Shown here in pieces: positions 14,151 to 29,400 of a stretch of DNA of 64,000 nt. The stretch spans positions 401,388,001 through 401,452,000 of the forward strand of contig OZ024741.1 of NCBI GenBank assembly GCA_964016885.1, read 5' to 3'. Both the position numbers and the translations under genes were made by a program. The DNA is from Eledone cirrhosa (Eukaryota). The stretch's first letter is position 1; every line of letters starts with the position of its first letter. Below the pieces are notes generated by a model. That model had not been told where the DNA came from. It worked only from the letters and a program-made list of their open reading frames with translations, and did no database searches.

Positions 14151-16381
14151 TTCAATAGTTTGACAACATCCCATGACCCCTGTTCAATAGTTTGATGACA
14201 TCCCATAACCCCAGTTCAATAGATTCACAACATCACATGATCCCTGTTAAATAGTTTCATTACATCCCATAACCCCAGTTCAATAGTTGGACAGCATCCC
14301 ATGACCCCTGTTCAATAGTTTGATGACATCCCATGAAACCTGTTTAATAGTTTAATGACAGCACATGACCCCAGTTCAATAGTTTGACAACATCCCATGA
14401 CCCCTGTTCAATAGTTTGATGACATCCCATGAGCCCGGTTCAATGGTTTGACAACATCCCATGACCCCTGTTCAATAGTTTGATGACAACCCATAACCCC
14501 AGTTCAATAGTTTGACATCAACCCATAACCCAAGTTCAATAGTTTAATGACATCCCATGATGCCAGTTCAAAAGTTTAATGACATCCCATAACCCTGTTC
14601 AATAGTTTGATAACATCCCATAACCAAAGTTCAATAGTTAAATGACATTCCATAACCCCAGTTCAATATTTTGACAACATGCCATAAACCTAGTTCAATA
14701 GTTTAATGACATCCCATGACGCCAGATCAATAGATTGACAAACTCCCATAAACCTAGTTCAATATTTTAATGACATCCCATGACACCAGTTCAGTAGTTT
14801 GACAACATCATATGACCCCAGTTCAATAGTTTGATGACATCCAATGACCCCAGTTCAATAGTTGGACAGCATCCCATGACCCCAGTTCAATAGTTTAATG
14901 ACATCCCATGACCCCAGTTCAATAGTTTGAAAACATCGCATGACAACAGTTCAATAATTTGCGAACATCCCATTACCATAGTTCGATAGTTTAATGACAT
15001 CCCATGACTCCAGTTCAATAGCTTGACAACTTCACATGACCCCAGTTCAATAGTTTAATGACATCACATGACTCCAGTTCAATAGTTGGACAGCATCCCA
15101 TAAGCCTAGGTCAATAGTTTAATGACATCCCATGAACCCAGTTCAATAGTTTGACAACATCCCATAACCCTACTTTAATAGTTGAATGACATCCCATGAC
15201 CCCAGTTTAATAGTTTGACAACATCACATGACCCCAGTTCAATAGTTTGATGACATCCCATAACCGCAGTTTAATAGTTTGATAACATCCCCTAACCCTA
15301 CTTCAATAGTTTAAAGACGTCCCATAACCCCAGTTCAATAATATTTATAATTCCATGACTCCAGTTTGATAGTTTAATGACATCCCATGACCCCTGTTCA
15401 ATAGTTTATAGACTTCCCATGAGCCCAGTTCAATAGTTTGACAACATCCCATGACCCCTGTTCAATAGTTTGACTACATCCCATGACCAAGTTCAATAGT
15501 TTAATGAGATCCCATAACCCCAGTTCAATAATTTGACAACATTACATGACCCCTGTTCAATAGTTTGACAACATTCCATGACCCGAGTTCAATTGTTTGA
15601 CAAAATTCCATAACCCCAGTTCAATAGTTTGATCACATCCCATGACCCCAGTTCAATAGTTTAACTACATCCCATAACCCCATTTCAATAGTTTAATGAC
15701 ATACCATGACCCCAGTTCAATAGTTTGACAACATCACATGACCTCTGTTCAATAGTTTGACAACATCCCAAAACCCCAGTTCAATAATTTGACAACATCA
15801 CATGACCCCAGTTCAATAGTTTAATGACATCCCATGACCCCAGTTCAATGGTTTAACAACATCCCATGACCCCAGTTCAATAGTTTGACAACATAACATG
15901 ACCCCAGTTCAATAGTTTGACTACATCACGAGACCCCAGTTCAATAGTTTAATTACATCACATGACTCCAATTCAATAGTTTAATGACATCCCATGACCC
16001 CTGTTCAATAGTTTAATGACATCCCATGACCCCAGTTCAATAGTGTGACAACATTCAATGACCCCTGTACAATAGTTTAATCACATCACATAACCCCAGT
16101 TCAATAGTTTGACAACATCACATGACACCAGTTCAATAGTTTGATGACATCCCATATACTCCAGTTCAATAGTTTGACAACATCACATGACCACAGTTCA
16201 GTAGTTTGAAAACATCCAATATACCACAGTTCAATAGTTTCACAACATCCCATAACCCCAGTTCAATAGTTTAATGACATCCTATGACCCCAGTTCAATG
16301 GTTTAACAATATCCCATGACCCCAGTTCAATAGTTTGACAACATAACATGACCCCAGTTCAATAGTTTGACTACATCACGA

Positions 16382-19300
16382 GACCCCAGTTCAATAGTTT
16401 AATTACATCACATGACTCCAATTCAATAGTTTAATGACATCCCATGACCCCTGTTCAATAGTTTAATGACATCCCATGACCCCAGTTCAATAGTGTGACA
16501 ACATTTAATGACCCCTGTACAATAGTTTAATGACATCCCATGACCCCAGTTGAATAGTTTGACATCACATGACATCTGTTCAATAGTTTGACAACATCCC
16601 ATAACCTCAGTTCAATAGTTTAATGACATCCCATGATCCCAGTTCAATAGTTTGACAACATCCCATGATCCCTGTTAAATAGTTTCATGATATCCCATAA
16701 CCCCAGTTCAATAGTTTGACAACATCCCATGAAACTAGTTCAATAGTTTAATGACATCCCAAGACCCCAGTTCAATAGTTTGCCAACATCACATCACCCC
16801 AGTTCAATATTTTGATGATATACCATAACCCCAGTTCAATAGTTTGACAACATCCCATAACCCTAGGTCAATAGTTTAATGACATCCCATGAACCCAGTT
16901 CAATAGTTTGACAACATCCCATAACCCTAGTTTAATAGTTTAAAGATATACCATGACCCCAGTTCAATAGTTTGACAACATCACATGACCCCAGTGCAAT
17001 AGTTTGATGACATCCCATAACCCCAGTTCAATAGTTTGATAACATCCCATAACCCTAGTTGAATAGTTTAATGACATTGCATAACTCCAGTTCAATAGTT
17101 ATTGAGAACCCATGACCCCAGTTCAATAGTTTAATGACATCCCATGACACCTGTTCAATAGTTTAATGACATCACATAACCCCAGTTGAATAGTTTGACA
17201 ACATCCCATGACCCCTGTTCAATAGTTTGATGACATCCCATGAGCCCAGTTCAATGGTTTGACAACATCCCATAACCCTAGTTTAATAGTTTAATGACAT
17301 CCCATAACTCCAGTTCAATAGTTATTGAGAACCCATGACCCCAGTTCAATAGTTTAATGACATCCCATGACACCTGTTCAATAGTTTAATGACATCACAT
17401 GACCCCAGTTCAATAGTTTGACAACATCCCATGACCCCTGTTCAATAGTTTGATGACATCCCATGAGCCCAGTTCAATAGTTTAATGACATCCCATAACC
17501 CCAGTTTAATAGTTTGATAACATCCCATATCCCTAGTTCAATAGTTTAATGACATCCCATAACCCCAGTTCAATAGTTTAATGACATCCCATGACTCCAG
17601 TTTGATAATTTAATGACATCCCATGACCCCTGTTCAATAGTTTGACTACATCCCATGACCCCAGTTCAATAGTTCCATGACATCCCATATAACCCAGTTC
17701 AATAGTTTAATGACATCCCATAACCATAGATCAATATTTTAATGACATCCCATGACCCCAGTTCTTATAGTTTAATGACATCCCATAACCCCAGTTCAAT
17801 AGTTTGATGACATCCCATAACCCCAGTTTAAAAGTTTGATAACATCCCATATCCCTAGTTCAATAGTTTGATGACATCCCATAACCCCAGGTCAATAGAT
17901 TCACAACATCACATGATCCCTGTTAAATAGTTTCATGACATCCCATAACCCCAGTTCAATAGTTGGACAGCATCCCATGAGCCCATTTCAACAGTTTAAT
18001 GACATCCTAAAACCCCAGTTCAATAGTTGGACAGCATCCCATGACCCCAGTTCAATAGTTTAATGACATCCCATGACCCAGTTTAATAGTTTGAAAACAT
18101 CGCATGACAACAGTTCAGTAATTTGACAACATCCCATAACCCTAGTTCGATAGTTTAATGACATCCCATGACCCCAGTTCAATAGTTAGATAACATGAAA
18201 TGACCCCAGTTCAATAGTTTGACAACATCCCATAAACCTAGTTCAATAGTTTAACGACATCCCATTACCCCAGTTCAATAGTTTAGACATCACATCACCC
18301 AAATTCAATAGTTTGACAATGTCCCATAACGCGAAGTCAGTAGTTTAATGACATCCCATGAACCCAGTTCAATAGTTTGACAACATCCCATAACCCTAGT
18401 TCAATAGTTTGACAACAACCCATAGCCCTAGTTCAATAGTTTAATGATATGCCATGATGCCAGTTCAAAAGTTTAATGGCATCCCATAACCCTGTTCAAT
18501 AGTTTGATAACATCCCATTACCCCAGTTGAATAGTTAAATGACATCCCATAACCCCAGTTAAATAGTTTGACAACATCCCATAACCCCAGGTCAATAGTT
18601 TAATGACATCAAATGACCCCAGTTCAATAGTTTGAAAACATCACATGACCCCAGTTCAATAGTTTAATGACATACCATAACCCCAGTTCAATAGTTTGAG
18701 AACATTCCATGACCCTAGTTCAATAGTTTGACAACATCCCATAATCCCAGTTCAATAGTTTGACAAAATCCCATAACCCTAGTTCAATAGTTTAATGACA
18801 TCACATGACCCCAGTTCAATACTTTGACAACATCGCATGACCCCAGTTCAATAGTTTGATGACATCCCATATACCCCAGTTAAATAGTTTGACAACATCC
18901 CATAACCCCAGTTCAATAGTTTAATGACAGACCATGACCCGAGTTCAATAGTTTGACAACATCACATCACCCCTGTTCAATAGTTTGACAACATCCCATA
19001 ACCCTAAGTCAATAGTTTAATGAAATCCTGTGAACCCAGTTCAATAGTTTGACAACATCCCATAACCCTAGTTTAATAGTTGAATGACATCCCATGACAC
19101 CAGTTTAATAGTTTGACAACATCACATGACCCCAGTTCAATAGTTTGATGACATCCCATAACCCCAGTTTAATAGTTTGATAACATCCCATAACCCTAGT
19201 TCAATAGTTTAATGACATCCCATAACCCCAGTTCAATAGTTTGACAACATTACATGACCCCTGTTCAATAGTTTGATGTCATCCCATAACCCCAGTTCAA

Positions 19301-22300
19301 TAGTTTGACAACATTCCATGTCCCTAGTTCAATTGTTTGACAACATCCCATAACCCCACTTCAATAGTTTGATAACATCCCATGACCCCAGTTCAATAGT
19401 TTAATTACATCCCATAACCCCAGGTCAATAGTTTGACAATATCCCATGACCCCAGTTCAATAGTTTAATGACATGCCATGGCCCCAGTTCAATAGTTTGA
19501 CAACATCCAATGACCCCTGTACAATAGTTTGATGAGATCCCATAAGCCCAGTTCAATAGTTTAATGACATCCCATGACCCCTGTTCAATAGTTTAATGAC
19601 ATCCCATGAACCCAGTTTAATTGATTGACAACATCCCATAACCCTAGTTCAATATTTAAATGACATCCCATGACACCAGTTCAATAGTTTGACAACATCA
19701 CATAACCCTAGTTCAATAGTTTAATGACATCCCATGACGCCATTTCAATAGTTTGACAACATCACATGACACCAGTTTAATAGTTTGATGACGTCCCATC
19801 ACCCCAGTTCAATAGTTTGATGACATCCCACGTAACCCAGTTCAATAATTTGACAACATCCCATAACCCTAGTTCAATATTTTAATGACATCCCATGACA
19901 CCAGATCAATAGTTTGACAACATCACATGACCCCAGTTTAATAGTTTGATGACATCCCATGACCCCAGTTCAATAGTTGGACAGCATCCCATGACCCCAG
20001 TTCAATAGTTTAATGACATCCCATGACCCCAGTTCAATAGTTTGAAAACATCGCATGACAACAGTTCAATAATTTGACAACATCCAATAACCCTAGTTCG
20101 ATAGTTTAATGACATCCCATGACCTCAGTTCAATAGTCTGACAACATCCCATAACCTTAGTTCAATAGTTTGATGACATCCCATAACCCCAGTTCAATAG
20201 TTTAACAACATCCCACAACCCTAGTTCAATAGGTTAATGACATCCCATGACACCAGTTCAATAGTTTGACAACATCACATGACTCCAGTTCAATAGTTTG
20301 ACAACATCACATGACCCCGGTTCAATAGTTTGACAACATCACATGACCCCAGTCCAATAGTTTGATGACAAACCATAACCCCAGTTCAATAGTTTGACAA
20401 CAACCCATAGCCCTAGTTCAATAGTTTAATGAAATCTCATGATGCCAGTTCAAAAGTTTGAAAACATCACATGACCCCAGTTCAATAGTTTGATGACATC
20501 CCATGACCCCAGTTCAATAGTTTAATGACATCCCATAACCCCAGTTCAATGGTTTGACAATATTCCATGACCCTAGTTCAATAGTTTGACAACATCCAAT
20601 AATCCCAGTTCAATAGTTTGACAACATCCTATAACCCTAGTTCAATAGTTTAATGACATCCCATGACCCCAGTTCAATACTTTGACAACATCGCATGACC
20701 CCAGTTCAATAGTTTAATTACATCACATGACTCCAATTCAATAGTTTAATGACATCCCATGACCCCTGTTCAATAGTTTAATGACATCCCATGACCCCAG
20801 TTCAATAGTGTGACAACATTTAATGACCCCTGTACAATAGTTTAATGACATCCCATGACCCCAGTTGAATAGTTTGACATCACATGACATCTGTTCAATA
20901 GTTTGACAACATCCCATAACCTCAGTTCAATAGTTTAATGACATCCCATGATCCCAGTTCAATAGTTTGACAACATCCCATGATCCCTGTTAAATAGTTT
21001 CATGATATCCCATAACCCCAGTTCAATAGTTTGACAACATCCCATGAAACTAGTTCAATAGTTTAATGACATCCCAAGACCCCAGTTCAATAGTTTGCCA
21101 ACATCACATCACCCCAGTTCAATATTTTGATGATATACCATAACCCCAGTTCAATAGTTTGACAACATCCCATAACCCTAGGTCAATAGTTTAATGACAT
21201 CCCATGAACCCAGTTCAATAGTTTGACAACATCCCATAACCCTAGTTTAATAGTTTAAAGATATACCATGACCCCAGTTCAATAGTTTGACAACATCACA
21301 TGACCCCAGTGCAATAGTTTGATGACATCCCATAACCCCAGTTCAATAGTTTGATAACATCCCATAACCCTAGTTGAATAGTTTAATGACATTGCATAAC
21401 TCCAGTTCAATAGTTATTGAGAACCCATGACCCCAGTTCAACAGTTTAATGACATCCCATGACACCTGTTCAATAGTTTAATGACATCACATAACCCCAG
21501 TTGAATAGTTTGACAACATCCCATGACCCCTGTTCAATAGTTTGATGACATCCCATGAGCCCAGTTCAATGGTTTGACAACATCCCATAACCCTAGTTTA
21601 ATAGTTTAATGACATCCCATAACTCCAGTTCAATAGTTATTGAGAACCCATGACCCCAGTTCAATAGTTTAATGACATCCCATGACACCTGTTCAATAGT
21701 TTAATGACATCACATGACCCCAGTTCAATAGTTTGACAACATCCCATGACCCCTGTTCAATAGTTTGATGACATCCCATGAGCCCAGTTCAATAGTTTAA
21801 TGACATCCCATAACCCCAGTTTAATAGTTTGATAACATCCCATATCCCTAGTTCAATAGTTTAATGACATCCCATAACCCCAGTTCAATAGTTTAATGAC
21901 ATCCCATGACTCCAGTTTGATAATTTAATGACATCCCATGACCCCTGTTCAATAGTTTGACTACATCCCATGACCCCAGTTCAATAGTTCCATGACATCC
22001 CATATAACCCAGTTCAATAGTTTAATGACATCCCATAACCATAGATCAATATTTTAATGACATCCCATGACCCCAGTTCTTATAGTTTAATGACATCCCA
22101 TAACCCCAGTTCAATAGTTTGATGACATCCCATAACCCCAGTTTAAAAGTTTGATAACATCCCATATCCCTAGTTCAATAGTTTGATGACATCCCATAAC
22201 CCCAGGTCAATAGATTCACAACATCACATGATCCCTGTTAAATAGTTTCATGACATCCCATAACCCCAGTTCAATAGTTGGACAGCATCCCATGAGCCCA

Positions 22301-25030
22301 TTTCAACAGTTTAATGACATCCTAAAACCCCAGTTCAATAGTTGGACAGCATCCCATGACCCCAGTTCAATAGTTTAATGACATCCCATGACCCAGTTTA
22401 ATAGTTTGAAAACATCGCATGACAACAGTTCAGTAATTTGACAACATCCCATAACCCTAGTTCGATAGTTTAATGACATCCCATGACCCCAGTTCAATAG
22501 TTAGATAACATGAAATGACCCCAGTTCAATAGTTTGACAACATCCCATAAACCTAGTTCAATAGTTTAACGACATCCCATTACCCCAGTTCAATAGTTTA
22601 GACATCACATCACCCAAATTCAATAGTTTGACAATGTCCCATAACGCGAAGTCAGTAGTTTAATGACATCCCATGAACCCAGTTCAATAGTTTGACAACA
22701 TCCCATAACCCTAGTTCAATAGTTTGACAACAACCCATAGCCCTAGTTCAATAGTTTAATGATATGCCATGATGCCAGTTCAAAAGTTTAATGGCATCCC
22801 ATAACCCTGTTCAATAGTTTGATAACATCCCATTACCCCAGTTCAATAGTTAAATGACATCCCATAACCCCAGTTAAATAGTTTGACAACATCCCATAAC
22901 CCCAGGTCAATAGTTTAATGACATCAAATGACCCCAGTTCAATAGTTTGAAAACATCACATGACCCCAGTTCAATAGTTTAATGACATACCATAACCCCA
23001 GTTCAATAGTTTGAGAACATTCCATGACCCTAGTTCAATAGTTTGACAACATCCCATAATCCCAGTTCAATAGTTTGACAAAATCCTATAACCCTAGTTC
23101 AATAGTTTAATGACATCACATGACCCCAGTTCAATACTTTGACAACATCGCATGACCCCAGTTCAATAGTTTGATGACATCCCATATACCCCAGTTAAAT
23201 AGTTTGACAACATCCCATAACCCCAGTTCAATAGTTTAATGACAGACCATGACCCGAGTTCAATAGTTTGACAACATCACATCACCCCTGTTCAATAGTT
23301 TGACAACATCCCATAACCCTAAGTCAATAGTTTAATGAAATCCTGTGAACCCAGTTCAATAGTTTGACAACATCCCATAACCCTAGTTTAATAGTTGAAT
23401 GACATCCCATGACACCAGTTTAATAGTTTGACAACATCACATGACCCCAGTTCAATAGTTTGATGACATCCCATAACCCCAGTTTAATAGTTTGATAACA
23501 TCCCATAACCCTAGTTCAATAGTTTAATGACATCCCATAACCCCAGTTCAATAGTTTGACAACATTACATGACCCCTGTTCAATAGTTTGATGTCATCCC
23601 ATAACCCCAGTTCAATAGTTTGACAACATTCCATGTCCCTAGTTCAATTGTTTGACAACATCCCATAACCCCACTTCAATAGTTTGATAACATCCCATGA
23701 CCCCAGTTCAATAGTTTAATTACATCCCATAACCCCAGGTCAATAGTTTGACAATATCCCATGACCCCAGTTCAATAGTTTAATGACATGCCATGGCCCC
23801 AGTTCAATAGTTTGACAACATCCAATGACCCCTGTACAATAGTTTGATGAGATCCCATAAGCCCAGTTCAATAGTTTAATGACATCCCATGACCCCTGTT
23901 CAATAGTTTAATGACATCCCATGAACCCAGTTTAATTGATTGACAACATCCCATAACCCTAGTTCAATATTTAAATGACATCCCATGACACCAGTTCAAT
24001 AGTTTGACAACATCACATAACCCTAGTTCAATAGTTTAATGACATCCCATGACGCCATTTCAATAGTTTGACAACATCACATGACACCAGTTTAATAGTT
24101 TGATGACGTCCCATCACCCCAGTTCAATAGTTTGATGACATCCCACGTAACCCAGTTCAATAATTTGACAACATCCCATAACCCTAGTTCAATATTTTAA
24201 TGACATCCCATGACACCAGATCAATAGTTTGACAACATCACATGACCCCAGTTTAATAGTTTGATGACATCCCATGACCCCAGTTCAATAGTTGGACAGC
24301 ATCCCATGACCCCAGTTCAATAGTTTAATGACATCCCATGACCCCAGTTCAATAGTTTGAAAACATCGCATGACAACAGTTCAATAATTTGACAACATCC
24401 AATAACCCTAGTTCGATAGTTTAATGACATCCCATGACCTCAGTTCAATAGTCTGACAACATCCCATAACCTTAGTTCAATAGTTTGATGACATCCCATA
24501 ACCCCAGTTCAATAGTTTAACAACATCCCACAACCCTAGTTCAATAGGTTAATGACATCCCATGACACCAGTTCAATAGTTTGACAACATCACATGACTC
24601 CAGTTCAATAGTTTGACAACATCACATGACCCCGGTTCAATAGTTTGACAACATCACATGACCCCAGTCCAATAGTTTGATGACAAACCATAACCCCAGT
24701 TCAATAGTTTGACAACAACCCATAGCCCTAGTTCAATAGTTTAATGAAATCTCATGATGCCAGTTCAAAAGTTTGAAAACATCACATGACCCCAGTTCAA
24801 TAGTTTGATGACATCCCATGACCCCAGTTCAATAGTTTAATGACATCCCATAACCCCAGTTCAATGGTTTGACAATATTCCATGACCCTAGTTCAATAGT
24901 TTGACAACATCCAATAATCCCAGTTCAATAGTTTGACAACATCCTATAACCCTAGTTCAATAGTTTAATGACATCCCATGACCCCAGTTCAATACTTTGA
25001 CAACATCGCATGACCCCAGTTCAATAGTTT
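16382..25030. repeat. Tandem duplication of a 4,315-bp (~135-monomer) block, almost identical copies
   Basis: The offset is a constant 4315: CTCCAATTCA 16416/20731, GCGAAGTCAG 18331/22646, GAAAACATCGC 20044/24359. Only a few single-base differences were noticed. Confidence 0.93.
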
Positions 25031-28000
25031 GACAACATCCCATAAAACTAGGTCAATAGTTTAATGACATCCCATGAAGCCAGTTCAGTAGTTTGATGAC
25101 ATCCCATAACGCCAGTTCAATAATTTGACAACGTCCATTGACCCCTGTACAATAGTTTGATGACATCCCATAAGCCCAATTCAATAGTTGACAACATCCC
25201 ATGACCCCTGTTCAATAGTTTGATGACATCCCATGACCCCAGTTCAATAGTTTAATGACATCCCATAACCCCAGTTCAATAGTTTGACAACATTACATGA
25301 CCCCTGTTCAATAGTTTGATGACATCCCATAACCCCAGTTCAATAGTTTGACAACATTCAATGACACTAGTTCAATTGTTTGACAACATCCCATAACCCC
25401 AGTTCAAGAGTTTGATAACATCCCATGACCCCAGTTCAATAGTTTAATTACATCCCATAACCCCAGTTCAATAGTTTAATGACATTACATGACCCCTGTT
25501 CAATAGTTTAATGACATCCCATGACCCCAGTTCAATAATTTGACAACATCCCATGACCCCTGTTCAATAGTTTAATGACATCCCATGAACCCAGTTCAAT
25601 AGTTTGACAACATCACATGACCCCTGTTTAGTAGTTTGATGACATCCCATGAACCCAGTTTAATAGTTTCACAACATCCCATAACACTAGTTCAATATTT
25701 TAATGACATCCCATGACACCAGTTCAATAGTTTAACAACATCACATGACTCCAGTTTAATAGTTTGATGACATCCCATGACCCCAGTTCAATAGTTTGAT
25801 GACATCCCATGTAACCCAGTTCAATAGTTTGACAACATCCCATAACCCTAGTTCAATAGTTTGATGACATCCCATAACCCCAGTTCAATAGATTGACAAC
25901 ATCCAATAACCCTAGTTCAATAGTTTGATGACAACCCATAACCCCGGTTCAATAGTTTGACAACAACCCATAACCCTTGTTCAATAGTTGAATGACATCC
26001 CATGACGCCAGTTCAAAAGTTTAATGACATCCCATAACCCTGTTCAATAGTTTGATAACATCCCATAACCCTAGTTCAATAGATTGATATCATCCCATAA
26101 CCCCAGTTCAATAGTTAAATGACATCCCATAACCCCAGTTAAATAGTTTGACAACATCCCATAACCCCAGTTCAATAGTTTAATGACATCAAATGACCCC
26201 AGTTCAATAGTTTGAAAACATCACATGACCCCAGTTCAATAGTTTGATGACATCCCATGACCCCAGTTCAATAGTTTAATGACATAGCATAACCCCAGTT
26301 CAATAGTTTGAGAACATTCCATGACCCTAGTTCAATAGTTTGACAACATCCCATAATCCCAGTTCAATAGTTTGACAAAATCCCATAACCCTAGTTCAAT
26401 AGTTTAATGACATCACATGACCCCAGTTCAATACTTTGACAACATCGCATGACCCCAGTTCAATAGTTTGATGACATCCCATATACCCCAGTTAAATAGT
26501 TTGACAACATCCCATAACCCCAGTTCAATAGTTTAATGACAGACCATGACCCGAGTTCAATAGTTTGACAACATCACATCACCCCTGTTCAATAGTTTGA
26601 CAACATCCCATAACCCTAGGTCAATAGTTTAATGACATCCTGTGAACCCAGTTCAATAGTTTGACAACATCCCATAACCCTAGTTTAATAGTTGAATGAC
26701 ATCCCATGACACCAGTTTAATAGTTTGACAACATCACATGACGCCAGTTCAATAGTTTGATGACATCCCATAACCCCAGTTTAATAGTTTGATAACATCC
26801 CATAACCCTAGTTCAATAGTTTAATGACATCCCATAACCCCAGTTCAATAGTTTGACAACATTACATGACCCCTGTTCAATAGTTTGATGACATCCCATA
26901 ACCCCAGTTCAATAGTTTGACAACATTCCATGTCCCTAGTTCAATTGTTTGACAACATCCCATAACCCCACTTCAATAGTTTGATAACATCCCATGACCC
27001 CAGTTCAATAGTTTAATTACATCCCATAACCCCAGGTCAATAGTTTGACAATATCCCATGACCCCAGTTCAATAGTTTAATGACATCCCATGACCCCTGT
27101 TCAATAGTTTAATGACATGCCATGGCCCCAGTTCAATAGTTTGACAACATCCAATGACCCCTGTACAATAGTTTGATGAGATCCCATAAGCCCAGTTCAA
27201 TAGTTTAATGACATCCCATGACCCCTGTTCAATAGTTTAATGACATCCCATGAACCCAGTTTAATTGTTTGACAACATCCCATAACCCTAGTTCAATATT
27301 TAAATGACATCCCATGACACCAGTTCAATAGTTTGACAACATCACATAACCCTAGTTCAATAGTTTAATGACATCCCATGACGCCATTTCAATAGTTTGA
27401 CAACATCACATGACACCAGTTTAATAGATTGATGACGTCCCATCACCCCAGTTCAATAGTTTGATGACATCCCACGTAACCCAGTTCAATAATTTGACAA
27501 CATCCCATAACCCTAGTTCAATATTTTAATGACATCCCATGACACCAGATCAATAGTTTGACAACATCACATGACCCCAGTTTAATAGTTTGATGACATC
27601 CCATGACCCCAGTTCAATAGTTGGACAGCATCCCATGACCCCAGTTCAATAGTTTAATGACATCCCATGACCCCAGTTCAATAGTTTGAAAACATCGCAT
27701 GACAACAGTTCAATAATTTGACAACATCCAATAACCTTAGTTCGATAGTTTAATGACATCCCATTACCTCAGTTCAATAGTCTGACAACATCCCATAACC
27801 TTAGTTCAATAGTTTGATGACATCCCATAACCCCAGTTCAATAGTTTAACAACATCCCACAACCCTAGTTCAATAGGTTAATGACATCCCATGACACCAG
27901 TTCAATAGTTTGACAACATCACATGACTCCAGTTCAATAGTTTGACAACATCACATGACCCCGGTTCAATAGTTTGACAACATCACATGATCCCAGTCCA

Positions 28001-29400
28001 ATAGTTTGATGACAAACCATAACCCCAGTTCAATAGTTTGACAACAACCCATAGCCCTAGTTCAATAGTTTAATGAAATCCCATGATGCCAGTTCAAAAG
28101 TTTGAAAACATCACATGACCCCAGTTCAATAGTTTGATGACATCCCATGACCCCAGTTCAATAGTTTAATGACATCCCATAACCCCAGTTCAATGGTTTG
28201 ACAACATTCCATGACCCTAGTTCAATAGTTTGACAACATCCAATAATCCCAGTTCAATAGTTTGACAACATCCTATAACCCTAGTTCAATAGTTTAATGA
28301 CATCCCATGACCCCAGTTCAATACTTTGACAACATCGCATGACCCCAGTTCAATAGTTTGACAACATCCCATAACACTAGGTCAATAGTTTAATGACATC
28401 CCATGAACCCAGTTCAGTAGTTTGATGACATCCCATAACGCCAGTTCAATAATTTGACAACGTCCATTGACCCCTGTTCAATAGTTTGATGACATCCCAT
28501 GACCCCAGTTCAAGAGTTTGATAACATCCCATGACCCCAGTTCAATAGTTTAATTACATCCCATAACCCCAGTTCGATAGTTTGTCAACATCCCATAACC
28601 CCAGTTCAATAGTTTAATGACATTACATGACCCCTGTTCAATAGTTTAATGACATCGCATGACCCCAGTTCAATAATTTGACAACATCCAGTGACTCCTG
28701 TACAATAGTTTGATGAGATCCCATAACCCCAGGTCAATAGTTTAATGACATCCCATGACCCCTGTTCAATAGTTTAATGACATCCCATGAACCCAGTTCA
28801 ATAGTTTGACAACATCACATGACCCCTGTTTAGTAGTTTGATGACATCCCATGAACCCAGTTTAATAGTTTGACAACATCCCATAACACTAGTTCAATAT
28901 TTTAATGACATCCCATGACACCAGTTCAATAGTTTGACAACATCACATGACTCCAGTTTAATAGTTTGATGACATCCCATGACCCCAGTTCAATAGTTTG
29001 ATGACATCCCATGTAACCCAGTTCAATAGTTTGACAACATCCCATAACCCTAGTTCAATAGTTTGATGACATCCCATAACCCCAGTTCAATAGATTGACA
29101 ACATCCAATAACGCTAGTTCAATAGTTTGATGACAACCCATAACCCCGGTTCAATAGTTTGACAACAACCCATAACCCTTGTTCAATAGTTGAATGACAT
29201 CCCATGACGCCAGTTCAAAAGTTTAATGACATCCCATAACCCTGTTCAATAGTTTGATAACATCCCATAACCCTAGTTCAATAGATTGATATCATCCCAT
29301 AACCCCAGTTCAATAGTTAAATGACATCCCATAACCCCAGTTAAATAGTTTGACAACATCCCATAACCTCAATTCAATAGTTTAATGACATCAAATGACC
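22860..29400. repeat. Tandem duplication of a ~3.2-3.3-kb block with whole-monomer indels
   Basis: TGTGAACCC 23344/26641, CGTCCATTG 25132/28461, TAGTAGTTTG 25629/28831 (offsets 3297, 3329, 3202). Confidence 0.82.
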
